From Oligoflexales bacterium (GTDB lineage Bacteria; Bdellovibrionota_B; Oligoflexia; Oligoflexales; Bog-1112), in the NCBI GenBank assembly GCA_045106415.1, contig JBGCEP010000010.1, forward strand, positions 32,001 through 96,000: a stretch of 64,000 bases of DNA. The letters run 5' to 3'. Shown here piece after piece: positions 28,622 to 38,564 of this stretch (within the stretch, counting starts at the first letter, position 1; the number at the start of each line of letters is the position of its first letter). Both the position numbers and the translations under genes were made by a program. The notes beneath the pieces were generated by a model that worked only from the letters and a program-made list of their open reading frames with translations, made no database searches and had not been told where the DNA came from.

Positions 28622-29971
28622 ATGAGGGATCTGGTTTTGTTGCGAACATTTTTTCTTCTGTTATTATTTTTAATACCAAATCAGAGCCGTGCCCATTGGA
28701 AAGATCTTCCTTCAGAAATATGGGAGAGATCTATAGCTGAATATTTGACTCATAGCGATCAGGCTAAATGCTTTGCTGTGAATAAAGTCATGAAACAAAT
28801 GTTTCCGATTGTTCAGGCCCGTTTGGTTGAGTTTGCGCCTATTTCCTACTTTCGGTTATTACCAGATCATCAGCTTACGCATTTATTTGCATCACGTGAA
28901 AAGCCTTTTGAGTTTCAACGAGCTTTAGAATTGCACTCGAGTGTGAAATCGTCTTTTTTAGGAAAGTTTTTCTCTGTTTTTGAAAAGAAAAATTTAGCGT
29001 TGAGCTCGAATGATATTGCTCTATGGCAGACTCATGGAAACCGGATGTTTTTCATGATGTATTTAGAAGCAGCGCTTTTTCAACGCTTTGATGAGCGCTT
29101 TGAAGCTCAAAGAAAAGAGCACAGTGATGGTAGTGGAAAAAGTTTGCAAAAAATACGCGCTACTGTTTACCCAAGAATTCTACAGGCTGTAACAGCATTG
29201 ACTGAAAATACTGATGCATCCATGCTGACTGAGGTCGAAGCCGTATCACAAGTGCTAGCACTTGAAAGCCAGAGTTGGCCTCTAAGTCGAGAATTTTTTC
29301 GAGATGTGGAATTTCTTGAAGAACAAGTCGACTTATATCGATCAGGTTTAAAATCTTCGAGAAATTTTGATGATCTTGATCTCATCACTCTTATTGGAGA
29401 ACAGGATTATACCTACTCTTACTCAATAGGAAGGCGTATTGTCTTAAGATTGTGTGACGAATTGGCTTTGAAGGGCTGGGCTGATGAACAAGTGATTGTC
29501 GCTGCTATGACCTTGAGTGTGGAAATATTGTTTTCTGCTTGTCGTTACCTTTTACCACTTGCTTCTTATTCTCAAAATAATTTATCAATGGTGGTTCCCT
29601 CGGCTGTTGTTGTTATGTGTGTTTTATTGCCACTTTTTCCATTGCTGGCACATGATTTGGACGATTTTGCAGTTACGTCTTTGGGGCAATCCAAGAAAAT
29701 CTATGAATCAATGTATTCTGCGACATCTCCTTCAGATATTTATGTGAACTTTGAAGAAGAAAGAATTTTGACGTATAGCCCTCTGAGGCCTAGGCCACGA
29801 AGGAACCTCATGTTTTCAGATGATATTTTATCATCAAAGCAACAGTGGGTTGAATTTAAAAATACTTTTTTTAAAGATTTATCCAAAGAAGAAATTGAAT
29901 ATATGAAACCATGGTTTTCACAGTTAGATCGGGTGCAGATGCAGGTTGAGGATTTGACTCCTCAGCTTTGA
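28622..29971 (+). CDS. Secreted protein with an N-terminal F-box-like motif
   Basis: Signal peptide ending SRA, followed by WKDLPSEIWERSIAEYLTHSDQAKCFAVNKVMK. Confidence 0.65.
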   Translation: MRDLVLLRTFFLLLLFLIPNQSRAHWKDLPSEIWERSIAEYLTHSDQAKCFAVNKVMKQMFPIVQARLVEFAPISYFRLLPDHQLTHLFASREKPFEFQRALELHSSVKSSFLGKFFSVFEKKNLALSSNDIALWQTHGNRMFFMMYLEAALFQRFDERFEAQRKEHSDGSGKSLQKIRATVYPRILQAVTALTENTDASMLTEVEAVSQVLALESQSWPLSREFFRDVEFLEEQVDLYRSGLKSSRNFDDLDLITLIGEQDYTYSYSIGRRIVLRLCDELALKGWADEQVIVAAMTLSVEILFSACRYLLPLASYSQNNLSMVVPSAVVVMCVLLPLFPLLAHDLDDFAVTSLGQSKKIYESMYSATSPSDIYVNFEEERILTYSPLRPRPRRNLMFSDDILSSKQQWVEFKNTFFKDLSKEEIEYMKPWFSQLDRVQMQVEDLTPQL

Positions 29972-30106
29972 GGACATTGAATGCGTACTCATCTTTTTGA
30001 TAAAAACATATGTATGAATGAAAACACACTCTACTTGAGGTGTAGAGATCAAAAGTGGCTTGTGAGTGTGTTGGGTATCTCTTTCTCAACTGTTCCTTGA
30101 GATTTA

Positions 30107-30412
30107 GAATCTGTCTGGCTGTTTTTTAAGACCTTTTATGGCAATTGAGAGATTTTTTTATAGCAATCCTGGTGCTGCCGATAAAATTCATAGATTCTTG
30201 ATGATTAGATTTTTTCATAGTTCCTTATAAATCTTCTTTGACGATTCAGCCATGCAAATGATATCTCTCTACAACCCAACGGAAATCCTGTGGCACAAAG
30301 CCTTTTTCTCCCTCTTTTCTTCAGTCCGATTCGATAGAATTCGGAATCCTGTATGAGGCGTCAACATCTCTGTAAGCCTTATCTCCAAGGGTGTTCTCAA
30401 GCCTGGAAAATT
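30107..30412 (-). pseudogene. IS5-family (IS1031-like) transposase C-terminal remnant with a putative terminal IR
   Basis: Manual minus-strand translation: LGDKAY...*RKEGEKGFVPQDFRWVVER / (frameshift) SFAWLNRQRRFIRNYEK / (frameshift) SNHQESM. The end reads TTA|GAATCTGTCTG on the + strand. Confidence 0.8.
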
Positions 30413-30615
30413 TTTTATCGTCATTGAGCTGGGGAGGCTCAGTCAAAAGATATAGAGAGATCAGTAAAACCTAGTTCATTAAGAACCATTGCTGCAATCG
30501 CTCTCTCCGTCGACATCTTTTAGGTAATTATCAATCTCATCAGTCAGATTTAAATCTTGCGTGAAGCCCTCCACAAGGCTAAGTGATTGCTTCTTTTAAT
30601 AGCAATTTGCTTCAT
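30413..30615 (-). pseudogene. IS1634-family (DUF4277) transposase N-terminal remnant
   Basis: MKQIAIKRSNHL / LVEGFTQDLNLTDEIDNYL / STERAIAAMVLNELGF / EPPQLNDDK, with frameshifts and a deletion. Confidence 0.7.
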
Positions 30616-30644
30616 CTATGATTGATCAATCCCGGATATTTGTC

Positions 30645-30676
30645 TTCTGCTCTCATTTTTAACAATGAGAGCAGAA
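30645..30676. terminator. Hairpin just downstream of the C1 peptidase gene
   Basis: TTCTGCTCTCATT-tttaac-AATGAGAGCAGAA, a 13-bp perfect stem. Confidence 0.7.
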
Positions 30677-30681
30677 ATTTT

Positions 30682-31638
30682 TTATGAAGAAGAGTCAGGG
30701 GTTTCTTCTTTTCCTATAGGTTGTTTGTAAGTTGCTTTTTCTCCAGGCGCTTGATCAGAATAATCGGAAAGATAATTTAGAGCTTTTATACTGATGAAAT
30801 AGCAGCGATATCTAGAGCAGTATTTGACAGGAAGGTAACCGTACCCTTGATCTCCCCACTTACTTCCCCACGAGTTCTTGAAGATGAAATAAGCGCCCCC
30901 AGGTGCGTTGCTGTCATACTTCAAACCAACCAGAGTGACAGAATGACCACCACGTTTTTTTCCTTTATGGCTAATGACTCCTTGGCGGGTTTTACTATGC
31001 CATGACTTGTTTGTAACTAGGCCAACAACCACAGGTCGCCCGTCTCTTAAAGATTGGTCGATCTCATCGAGGTTTTTTAAAGACGCGTAATCACCAATAG
31101 TAACAAAATCCGCGTTTTTGAGCCCGGAGTGTTTTTTTCCATAATATGGCCACGCCCATTCTGGAACTAAAGCTTCTTTGCTGGCAGTGCGAAGAGACCT
31201 TCTAGTGTTGTAATATTTGTATTGTGACCAGTGGTGCTTTTCTGAGAGGTCAGATCGAATTCCTGCGTTCATGGAAGCATGAAGTTCAACCCCTGCTACA
31301 ACTGAAAAGGATGTACACCATCCTCGTTTCCCTTGGCTTTTTACAGAAGTGTCGAAATAGCGTAAGTCGATATCTTCTTTTGGTGTGAGGTTTAAATGCA
31401 AGGGGTTGGCTTGATGGATTTGTGCAGGTTCAAGGCCTTCGAATAATAAATCCGTGTTGTCTACGACAGGCTGGTCTTCAGGGGCTGGTTGTTGTTCTTC
31501 TGATTGACTGGTGGGTGTGTTCATCATGCGAATGATATCTTTATTCTTAGCCCACTCGTTTTGACCACACGAACCCATGAGACTAAGCCCTGTGAGATAA
31601 AAAAATGTTTTGTATCTTCTCAAAAATATTGCCTTCAT
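30682..31638 (-). CDS. C1 (papain-like) cysteine peptidase, probable lipoprotein
   Basis: QGKRGWC.SF, GGHSV, FKNSWG..WG..GY. Lipobox LMGS-C. RBS GGAGG before ATG 31638. Confidence 0.9.
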   Translation of the reverse strand: MKAIFLRRYKTFFYLTGLSLMGSCGQNEWAKNKDIIRMMNTPTSQSEEQQPAPEDQPVVDNTDLLFEGLEPAQIHQANPLHLNLTPKEDIDLRYFDTSVKSQGKRGWCTSFSVVAGVELHASMNAGIRSDLSEKHHWSQYKYYNTRRSLRTASKEALVPEWAWPYYGKKHSGLKNADFVTIGDYASLKNLDEIDQSLRDGRPVVVGLVTNKSWHSKTRQGVISHKGKKRGGHSVTLVGLKYDSNAPGGAYFIFKNSWGSKWGDQGYGYLPVKYCSRYRCYFISIKALNYLSDYSDQAPGEKATYKQPIGKEETPDSSS

Positions 31639-31779
31639 ATCTTCCTCCATTAGTAGGCTTGATTTATCGGATGGGAATCCGATGCCGCCACAGCACCCCC
31701 CTTCGACATTTTTTGTGAAGTCCTTGAGGGAATGTCCATTCACGGTGTATCGTGGAGTCTGCACCGTACGGAGAAAAAC

Positions 31780-32709
31780 ATGGCTCTTTTTCTAGGTTTA
31801 GATGTGGGTGGTACAAAAGTTGAAGCAGCTCTTGTCACCGATCAAGGAGAGGTTTTACGTCGGGATCGAGTCCCGACGATGAGGGAGAAAGGTTACGAAG
31901 ACCTTGTTCAACGAGTTGGTCAACTGTGTTTGAGCTTGGGTCTTTCTGATATTGAGGCTGTTGGCATAGGGATACCAGGAGTCGTGTGTCCGGAAACTAA
32001 TGTCATGCTTCAGGGTGGAACAGGGATTCTTAGAGAAAAGCCATTTGCCACTGATCTTTTAAAGATCATTAGGAAAGAAACAAATATTAAAGATGTTTTT
32101 TGTGAAAATGATGCAAACTGTTTTGTGCTGGCGGAAGCGATAACAGGTGCTGGTAAAGGTTTAGGCTCAGGCCTCGGAGTCATTCTAGGAACCGGTGTTG
32201 GTGGTGGGTATTACGATGGAAACCATTTACTTCGCGGTGCAAGAGGCTGTGCGGCTGAAGTCGGTCATATGATTCTTATGCCTGGCGGGAGACCTTGTTT
32301 TTGCTCGAAACGAGGATGTGCTGAGCAGTATCTTTCAGGGCCGGGTGTTGAATCTTCTTATCCTATGTATTCTCAAATACATAAGCGCCCAGATGCATCG
32401 GAAATTTTTTTGATGGCAGGCAGAGGGGAGCCTGGGGCGTTAGCTGTTGTTGAAGAATATCGCAAAAACTTAGCCGACTTTCTCGCAAATATGACAAATC
32501 TTTATGACCCTCATTATATCGTGCTAGGGGGAGGGATGAGTCGTGAAGAAATCATTTATCAAGGTCTCGAAGATCGTGTCGCACGCCGAGGCTATTTAAA
32601 AATATCACCGAAAATTATGCAGCACTCCCTTGGGGATTCAGCGGGAGTTATCGGAGCAGCGCTGCTACCTCTTCATGGTGGTGGCCCTGCCAGTCGTGTT
32701 TCCAGCTGA
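31780..32709 (+). CDS. ROK family sugar kinase
   Basis: GLDVGGTK, ENDANC, GTGVGGG, EVGH...C.C...GC.E, SAGVIGAA. Confidence 0.93.
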   Translation: MALFLGLDVGGTKVEAALVTDQGEVLRRDRVPTMREKGYEDLVQRVGQLCLSLGLSDIEAVGIGIPGVVCPETNVMLQGGTGILREKPFATDLLKIIRKETNIKDVFCENDANCFVLAEAITGAGKGLGSGLGVILGTGVGGGYYDGNHLLRGARGCAAEVGHMILMPGGRPCFCSKRGCAEQYLSGPGVESSYPMYSQIHKRPDASEIFLMAGRGEPGALAVVEEYRKNLADFLANMTNLYDPHYIVLGGGMSREEIIYQGLEDRVARRGYLKISPKIMQHSLGDSAGVIGAALLPLHGGGPASRVSS

Positions 32710-33514
32710 CCTGTCCTGACAATAAAAAATCGCAGGCACCCTGGGTGAGAGGGTTGTTTCTTATTAAAACGATTTTCAGGTTTGGCGCTGTGGGCCAAGC
32801 CTGAAAATCGTGAATTTGATTGTGTCTTATGGAAAGATCGGTCAGCGCAGGGAATTCACAGCTCTTTTCAAAAGCTTTAATTTTATTATGGTTGAGCTCT
32901 AAAACCTTGAGTTTAGGAAAAACCCCTTGGGGCCATTCTGAAGCCAAGTTTCCCTGCGCGTATAGATATTCGAGCTGTTGGCACTTCAGCAGAGGACTGA
33001 AATCTATAATGCTATTTCCTCGTAGGGATAGATTCTCAAGTGGTAGTCCCTCCAGTGGGCTTAAATCCTCAATAAAGTTATGGTTAAGATTTAAGTCTGT
33101 GAGCTTTTTTGCATGACGTAATGGAGCAATATCTCGGATTTGATTGCCCTGTAAAATACTACCCAGGTGAAGTGTCTGCAATTCAGGGAGGTTCTCGACA
33201 AAGCTAAGAGATTTTAAAGGGTTCCCTATGATTGTGAGATGAGTTATTTTTGGTGCGAAATTTAAGACCTCAAGGCTATAAATTTTTTTACGACGAATCA
33301 CGAGAGCGTCGAGAGTTTGGAGACCCGTATAAACCTTGTCAGTTGATGCTCGCTTATCAAGGTGAAGTGCTTTTAAGAGAACCTTTTCTCCTTCTGGGTG
33401 TTTTTGAGTCCATGTGTCATAGATTTTTTTGAATTTTAAGGGCGCCTGTTGGGCGTAAGTCGTTGTATGTGCAATGAATAAGAAAAAATATGTGAAAATA
33501 AACTGCTGAGTCAT
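32648..33514 (-). CDS. Secreted leucine-rich repeat protein (internalin/SDS22-like)
   Basis: Signal peptide and repeated LxxLxLxxNxIxDxxPL. Confidence 0.85.
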   Translation of the reverse strand: MTQQFIFTYFFLFIAHTTTYAQQAPLKFKKIYDTWTQKHPEGEKVLLKALHLDKRASTDKVYTGLQTLDALVIRRKKIYSLEVLNFAPKITHLTIIGNPLKSLSFVENLPELQTLHLGSILQGNQIRDIAPLRHAKKLTDLNLNHNFIEDLSPLEGLPLENLSLRGNSIIDFSPLLKCQQLEYLYAQGNLASEWPQGVFPKLKVLELNHNKIKAFEKSCEFPALTDLSIRHNQIHDFQAWPTAPNLKIVLIRNNPLTQGACDFLLSGQVSWKHDWQGHHHEEVAALLR

Positions 33515-33593
33515 GATTATCTGCTATGATTTTTGTGTTCAAATATTTTTTTGCATCTGCGTATGCAAATTTTATAAAAGATAGGGATTTTCC

Positions 33594-34130
33594 ATGTTCA
33601 TGTCAACACTTGGTGAGTGCTTGTTGGTCGCTATGCCGCGTTTGGAAGATAAAAATTTTCATCGCGCCGTTGTTTTGTTGCTGGAGCATGGGAGCCACGG
33701 TGCAATGGGGCTGACAATTAATCATCCTGGGTCGATGCAATTACATGAAGCTTTAGGGGATTCTGAGATTCCGAAAGGAATACCAACTTGGAAGGCAGGT
33801 CCCGTCGAGGAACATCGTGGTTTTGTTCTTCATAATCAATCAGAAAAACCATTTGAGTATGAGATATGGCCAGGTGTTTATCTGTCTTCGTCACAATCTG
33901 CGATAGGGCATATGGTGGAAGAAGAATCGCAAAGCGCCACAAAATACCCTTACAGGCTTTTGACTGGCTATGCTGGTTGGAATCCTGGGCAATTAGATAG
34001 TGAAATAGAGCATGGTTACTGGTGCTCAGTACCTTTGGATGCAAATTTACTTTTTAATACAGCGGCGCGTGAGATTTGGTCTCAATGTCTTCTGAAGGCT
34101 GGGATTTCTCCTGAAGGTTATGTGAATTGA
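33594..34130 (+). CDS. YqgE/AlgH family protein
   Basis: LLVAMP.L.D.NF.R.V, GAMGL.IN, GPV....GFVLH, GYAGW..GQL..E. Confidence 0.92.
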   Translation: MFMSTLGECLLVAMPRLEDKNFHRAVVLLLEHGSHGAMGLTINHPGSMQLHEALGDSEIPKGIPTWKAGPVEEHRGFVLHNQSEKPFEYEIWPGVYLSSSQSAIGHMVEEESQSATKYPYRLLTGYAGWNPGQLDSEIEHGYWCSVPLDANLLFNTAAREIWSQCLLKAGISPEGYVN

Positions 34131-34995
34131 CTCGTTTTTTCCATCTGTTATGAAACCAGAAATATTGCTCAGGAGCTTTACGGATCATCTTTTCAACTTG
34201 ATGTTGAATATGCTGCGTTATTTGATTGTGCTCTTGTGCGGTGAGAGGTGGTTTTGGCATGAGAATAGGGTCCAAAAATTCAATTGTATGTCCCCCTGAT
34301 GGTTCGCGTTTTATCCATGCAGGAATTACAGGAGCAGGTTGTTTTTCCCAGATGTGCGTAAAACTTGTATTGGTTGGTGCTAAGGTATTAAAAAAAGGAA
34401 ACAGTGGAGAATTGGGCCGAGATTGATCTACAGCAAAGCCAACAATTTTATTACTTTTTAGAGCGGAGACTATTTTTTGGAAGCTTTCGCCCTTTTTTTT
34501 CTTATGGATCGGGAAAAAACCATTTTGAGTACGTCTTTCAAAAAGAAATCGGTCGAGTCCTTTGATGCCAATATTTTTAGCAATAATGTGAGCATCTGCG
34601 TATTCAGAAGTGATTTTAGACCCCATGACCTCCCAGTTTCCTAGGTGGCAACATAAAATATAAGCACCTTTTTTTTCTTGAAGTGCGTGCTCTAAAATAG
34701 ATCCGTTTTTTATAGCCACATGAGCGTGAAGTTCCCCTGCTCGAGTACCAAGAACTTCAAACAATGTCATCAGTGTATTGTAGGTCGATAGATAACCTGT
34801 TCGTAGGTGCCACTGATAGGTTTTTTCTGGGAATGCAATGACAAGATTTTTAAGAATGAGTTTGCGCCTAATGCGAAAAATATAGAAAGTAAGGAATGCT
34901 AAAAGATGAGCCAAACCACGGAGCCCAACTTTCGGTATGTGTGTAAGAAACCATGATAATGATTTTGAAAAAAGGTACATCAAGACACCTTTCAC
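34054..34995 (-). CDS. Lipid A biosynthesis (LpxL/HtrB-like) acyltransferase
   Basis: HLGNWE, DQ, PEQYFWFHNRWK. Confidence 0.9.
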   Translation of the reverse strand: MKGVLMYLFSKSLSWFLTHIPKVGLRGLAHLLAFLTFYIFRIRRKLILKNLVIAFPEKTYQWHLRTGYLSTYNTLMTLFEVLGTRAGELHAHVAIKNGSILEHALQEKKGAYILCCHLGNWEVMGSKITSEYADAHIIAKNIGIKGLDRFLFERRTQNGFFPIHKKKKGESFQKIVSALKSNKIVGFAVDQSRPNSPLFPFFNTLAPTNTSFTHIWEKQPAPVIPAWIKREPSGGHTIEFLDPILMPKPPLTAQEHNQITQHIQHQVEKMIRKAPEQYFWFHNRWKKRVNSHNLQEKSQPSEDIETKSHAPLY

Positions 34996-35831
34996 ATTGC
35001 TGTTGGTTGTAGTTGTTTTGGATGCCAGTCTGTATCGGGCCAGTGTTGTTTAAAAAATTTATGAGGCAGATTGAGTTCTAAAGCGTATTCTGGACTTAAA
35101 CCAATGAGTCGTACGCTGAGAAAATGTTGAACCCATGGGCTTCCCTCAGTGAGAAGGTCTCTCCAAGGTCCATCTGCTATAATTTTTCCTTCATGTAAAA
35201 CGATGATGCGTGGAGCAAACCGAATCGCAATTTCAACATTGCTGGTCGCTACAATAAGGCTTGAATTGTCTTGAGATTGAGCGAGTTCATTAATCATATT
35301 TAAAATAATGGTCGAAGTGACAGGATCTAAGCCAGATGTTGGCTCATCAAACAGAGCGATCGTAGGTTCTGTTGCTAAAGCTCTGGCAATCCCAACTCGG
35401 CGTTTCATACCACCTGAGAGTTCATGAGGGTATAGAGAAGAAATTCGAGGTAATTTTATTGCTAAAAGAAGCTTTTGAATTTTTTCATGGATGGCTTCTG
35501 CGCTAAAATCTGTCATGTGCTTCATGGCAAAACTTAAATTTTCTTCTACGGTCATAAAGTCAAATAAACCACCCTGCTGGAAAGCCATGCCAACACTTTT
35601 TAAAATTTGCTCACGTTCATAAATTGAAGAGTGAGTCATAGATACATTCATAAGCTCGGTAGAACCCGAATCTGGTGAAACAAGGCCAAGAAGTATTTTT
35701 AAGAGCGTGCTTTTTCCACAACCGCCTGGGCCAACGAGAGCAGCTCTTTCACCAGCGTCAATTGTGAGAGAAACGTTGTCCAGAATATTTTGATTGTCAA
35801 AACTTTTGCTGACATCGCAAATACGGATCAT
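34992..35831 (-). CDS. ABC transporter ATP-binding protein (MlaF-like)
   Basis: GPGGCGKS, FQQGGLFD, LSGGMKRRV, DEPTSGLDP. The H-loop is replaced (ATSN). Confidence 0.88.
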   Translation of the reverse strand: MIRICDVSKSFDNQNILDNVSLTIDAGERAALVGPGGCGKSTLLKILLGLVSPDSGSTELMNVSMTHSSIYEREQILKSVGMAFQQGGLFDFMTVEENLSFAMKHMTDFSAEAIHEKIQKLLLAIKLPRISSLYPHELSGGMKRRVGIARALATEPTIALFDEPTSGLDPVTSTIILNMINELAQSQDNSSLIVATSNVEIAIRFAPRIIVLHEGKIIADGPWRDLLTEGSPWVQHFLSVRLIGLSPEYALELNLPHKFFKQHWPDTDWHPKQLQPTAM

Positions 35832-35988
35832 AATGTCCTTTCTAATCGTTCTCAGTATTGTAGTCGGTCTTCCCTTTTTGTGAAATAGAAACCTGAAGGT
35901 AAAAGAGGTTGTTATGATGAAGTGTAAAACATGAGAGACTTTTCAGCAGAATTAAACTAAGGTTGTTGTCGAAATTTGTGGGAATGTT

Positions 35989-37239
35989 ATGACGGAAAAA
36001 GAACATAAGCAAGGGTTGGAAATTTTATCTATTCTTGAGCAGCAAGGTTTTGAAGCGCGATTTGCGGGGGGCTGTGTCCGTGACTTTTATTTAGGTATTG
36101 CACCTTTGGATTATGATATTGCAACAACAGCAACTCCAGATCAAATTTTTGATGTTTTTCATAAAAAAGAAAATTATAGAGCTTTGCCTACAGGGATTGA
36201 GCATGGAACTGTAACTATTGTTTTTGATCGTAAAGCCTTTGAAGTGACCTCATTACGTGAAGACGTTCAAACAGATGGGCGGCATGCAAAAGTAGTTTTC
36301 GGTAAAAACTTTGAGAAAGACGCTGCTCGACGTGATTTTACAATGAATGCAATGTATCAAGATAGGCATGGAAATATATTTGATTTTCACCAAGGTAGGC
36401 GGGATTTAGATCAGCGAAAAATCCGATTTGTTGGAGATTGTGCTGTCCGTGTACAAGAAGATTATCTAAGGATTTTGAGATACTTCCGTTTTCAGGCTCG
36501 ATTAAGTTTATTAGGGGATGAAGAGACGTTAAGTACAATTCAACTGCATGCTGCTGGACTCCAATGTGTGAGCCGCGAAAGAATTTCTCAAGAAATAAAA
36601 GGATTTTTTCAAGTTGAAGATCTTAAGAATATTTTTATAGATATGAAAAACACCAAAGTTTTGAATGCTGTTTTTCCAAATGCAATGTGGGAACATGTTG
36701 ATATGGAAAAGGTAAATTGTTCATTAAGAAAATTAAATGGGTTTATAGAACGGTTGTGTTTTCTATGTATAGAGATTCCAGGTTTAAGCCCTCAAGATTT
36801 ATTTCATTCGTTAAAATTGACCAAGAAAAATTTAAAAAAATTAGAGGTTTGCTCTTACGGTTTTCAAGAAATGTTACGTGATTTAAGTGATGACCAAGCT
36901 CGGATTTTATTTTTGTGGGATACTCTAGAAAAAAAAGCAGGACCAGGTGTTGGTGTATTGGTGTTTCATATATTGAGATATACAGCGCAAACACAGAATC
37001 AACTTTCTTGGATCGACAAATCTTTACAAATTGAAAATATATGGAGTTATAAGAGGAAAAAAACATTACCATTATCTGGTGCTGATATTTCAGAAACATT
37101 AAATATTTATGGAAAAGAACTTGGTGATCTTCTTTTTTATCTGAGACAGCAGTTTTATGCTGACTCTTGGAGGAATGCGGATGAAGGCTTAGATTTTGCA
37201 AAAAAGTGGGTTGCTAGGTTAAAGAAGTCGCAGAATTGA
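35989..37239 (+). CDS. cca: CCA tRNA nucleotidyltransferase
   Basis: GGCVRD, DYDIAT, RRDFTMNAM, EDYLRILR. Confidence 0.88.
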   Translation: MTEKEHKQGLEILSILEQQGFEARFAGGCVRDFYLGIAPLDYDIATTATPDQIFDVFHKKENYRALPTGIEHGTVTIVFDRKAFEVTSLREDVQTDGRHAKVVFGKNFEKDAARRDFTMNAMYQDRHGNIFDFHQGRRDLDQRKIRFVGDCAVRVQEDYLRILRYFRFQARLSLLGDEETLSTIQLHAAGLQCVSRERISQEIKGFFQVEDLKNIFIDMKNTKVLNAVFPNAMWEHVDMEKVNCSLRKLNGFIERLCFLCIEIPGLSPQDLFHSLKLTKKNLKKLEVCSYGFQEMLRDLSDDQARILFLWDTLEKKAGPGVGVLVFHILRYTAQTQNQLSWIDKSLQIENIWSYKRKKTLPLSGADISETLNIYGKELGDLLFYLRQQFYADSWRNADEGLDFAKKWVARLKKSQN

Positions 37240-37525
37240 GCCATTGCTGATAAGAAGAGTTGCACTCAGCTGTTAGAGTTGCAACACAAGGAACATCATA
37301 TGGATGATGTTCCTGTAACCACGCGCAGAGTTCAGAGTGTCTTTGATCTGTTGTCTTTAACCAGAGAATGACTTCTTGAGTTTGTTCTATTTTCTGGTTC
37401 CATTGGTATAGAGATGTAACAGGGAGTGTAAGTTGGCAACATCCTGCTAAACTTTGTGAGAGAATCGTGTGAGCTGCTTTTTTAGCTGACGCTTCATCTG
37501 GGTACGGGACATAGATAATTTTCAT
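37214..37525 (-). CDS. cutA: Divalent-cation tolerance protein CutA
   Basis: LAGC....VTSLY.W, LKT, HPYDVP. Confidence 0.9.
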   Translation of the reverse strand: MKIIYVPYPDEASAKKAAHTILSQSLAGCCQLTLPVTSLYQWNQKIEQTQEVILWLKTTDQRHSELCAWLQEHHPYDVPCVATLTAECNSSYQQWLNSATSLT

Positions 37526-37620
37526 TATGAGTCTTTTAATAGATGGTGAAGTGTTTTAAAAAATCTGTTTCATTTACTTAGTATGATATCACTTTATGTT
37601 TTTTATAGGGGAGAGTTGTT

Positions 37621-38073
37621 GTGTCGAAAGAAAAAAAATATAGGCCATGTGTTGTTGCTGTGATTCGTGATGCTGGTGGGTTAGTATTAGTTGGTGAACG
37701 TAAAGATGCCCCAGGTTGTTGGCAACTACCTCAAGGTGGTGTAGATCATGATGAAAATACACAGACAGCTCTTTGTCGCGAGGTTTTGGAAGAGACAGCG
37801 TGTAAGGTGAATAATATTTTGTTCCAGTCAGAAAAATTATATAAATATGATTTCCCTGAACATTTTAAAGCTCGTATTGCTCAAGATTGGGTGGGGCAAG
37901 AGCAAACTTGGTTTGTGTGTACTGTCTTAGGAGAGCCAGATGCCGAAAAAGCTCAAGATCAAGAATTTGCTGGTTTTCAATGGATGAATCCTCAAGATGT
38001 TCAAGATCAAATTGTCGAGTTTAAACGTAACGTTTACCGAGAGGCTTTTGCAGACATTTCTGATTACTTATGA
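37621..38073 (+). CDS. rppH: NUDIX hydrolase, RNA pyrophosphohydrolase-like
   Basis: YRP.V, WQLPQGG.D..E....A..REV.EET, GQ.Q.WF, IVEFKR.VY. Confidence 0.8.
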   Translation: MSKEKKYRPCVVAVIRDAGGLVLVGERKDAPGCWQLPQGGVDHDENTQTALCREVLEETACKVNNILFQSEKLYKYDFPEHFKARIAQDWVGQEQTWFVCTVLGEPDAEKAQDQEFAGFQWMNPQDVQDQIVEFKRNVYREAFADISDYL

Positions 38074-38400
38074 AAAAGATAAAAGAATTTCTTTTAAGCT
38101 TTGTGCCCCTTGTAGTGCTGGATAAATTTTATCAAGCTTGTGCTTTGGTAGCATCGACCCAAGGTCTGTACAGGTGATTTCTCCTTTTTCAGCTTTATAG
38201 AAGAGAACTCTTACGGTAGTCTCTTGAGTGTTAGCTGGTATTCGGAAAGCTGCATGGAGATTGTGGTGAGTTTTATGAAGCTCTTGCACAATATGATGAG
38301 TAGCTTCATGAATATCCTCGGAAGATCCCTCCTCTGAAGAAGTTGACCAAGCATCATTTCCAAGACGAGTTTTATAACAAAAAGATAATTTTATAGGCAT
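38068..38400 (-). CDS. Hypothetical protein
   Basis: 110-aa ORF with an RBS-like GGTGG that fills the gap. No family recognised. Confidence 0.5.
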   Translation of the reverse strand: MPIKLSFCYKTRLGNDAWSTSSEEGSSEDIHEATHHIVQELHKTHHNLHAAFRIPANTQETTVRVLFYKAEKGEITCTDLGSMLPKHKLDKIYPALQGAQSLKEILLSFS

Positions 38401-38564
38401 TGATCCACCGTATCATGACAAATTTAATTTTAGTTTATGGGCAATAGAAAGAATCTTTAAAGTGGGTTTTTTGCCTTGTCATTTGGCTGGAGAGTAAACT
38501 CAAGTTTTCTTTTTAGCCAACTGCGCGCTAAAGTATAAAAAGACCACATATAGGAGCGTGATTT

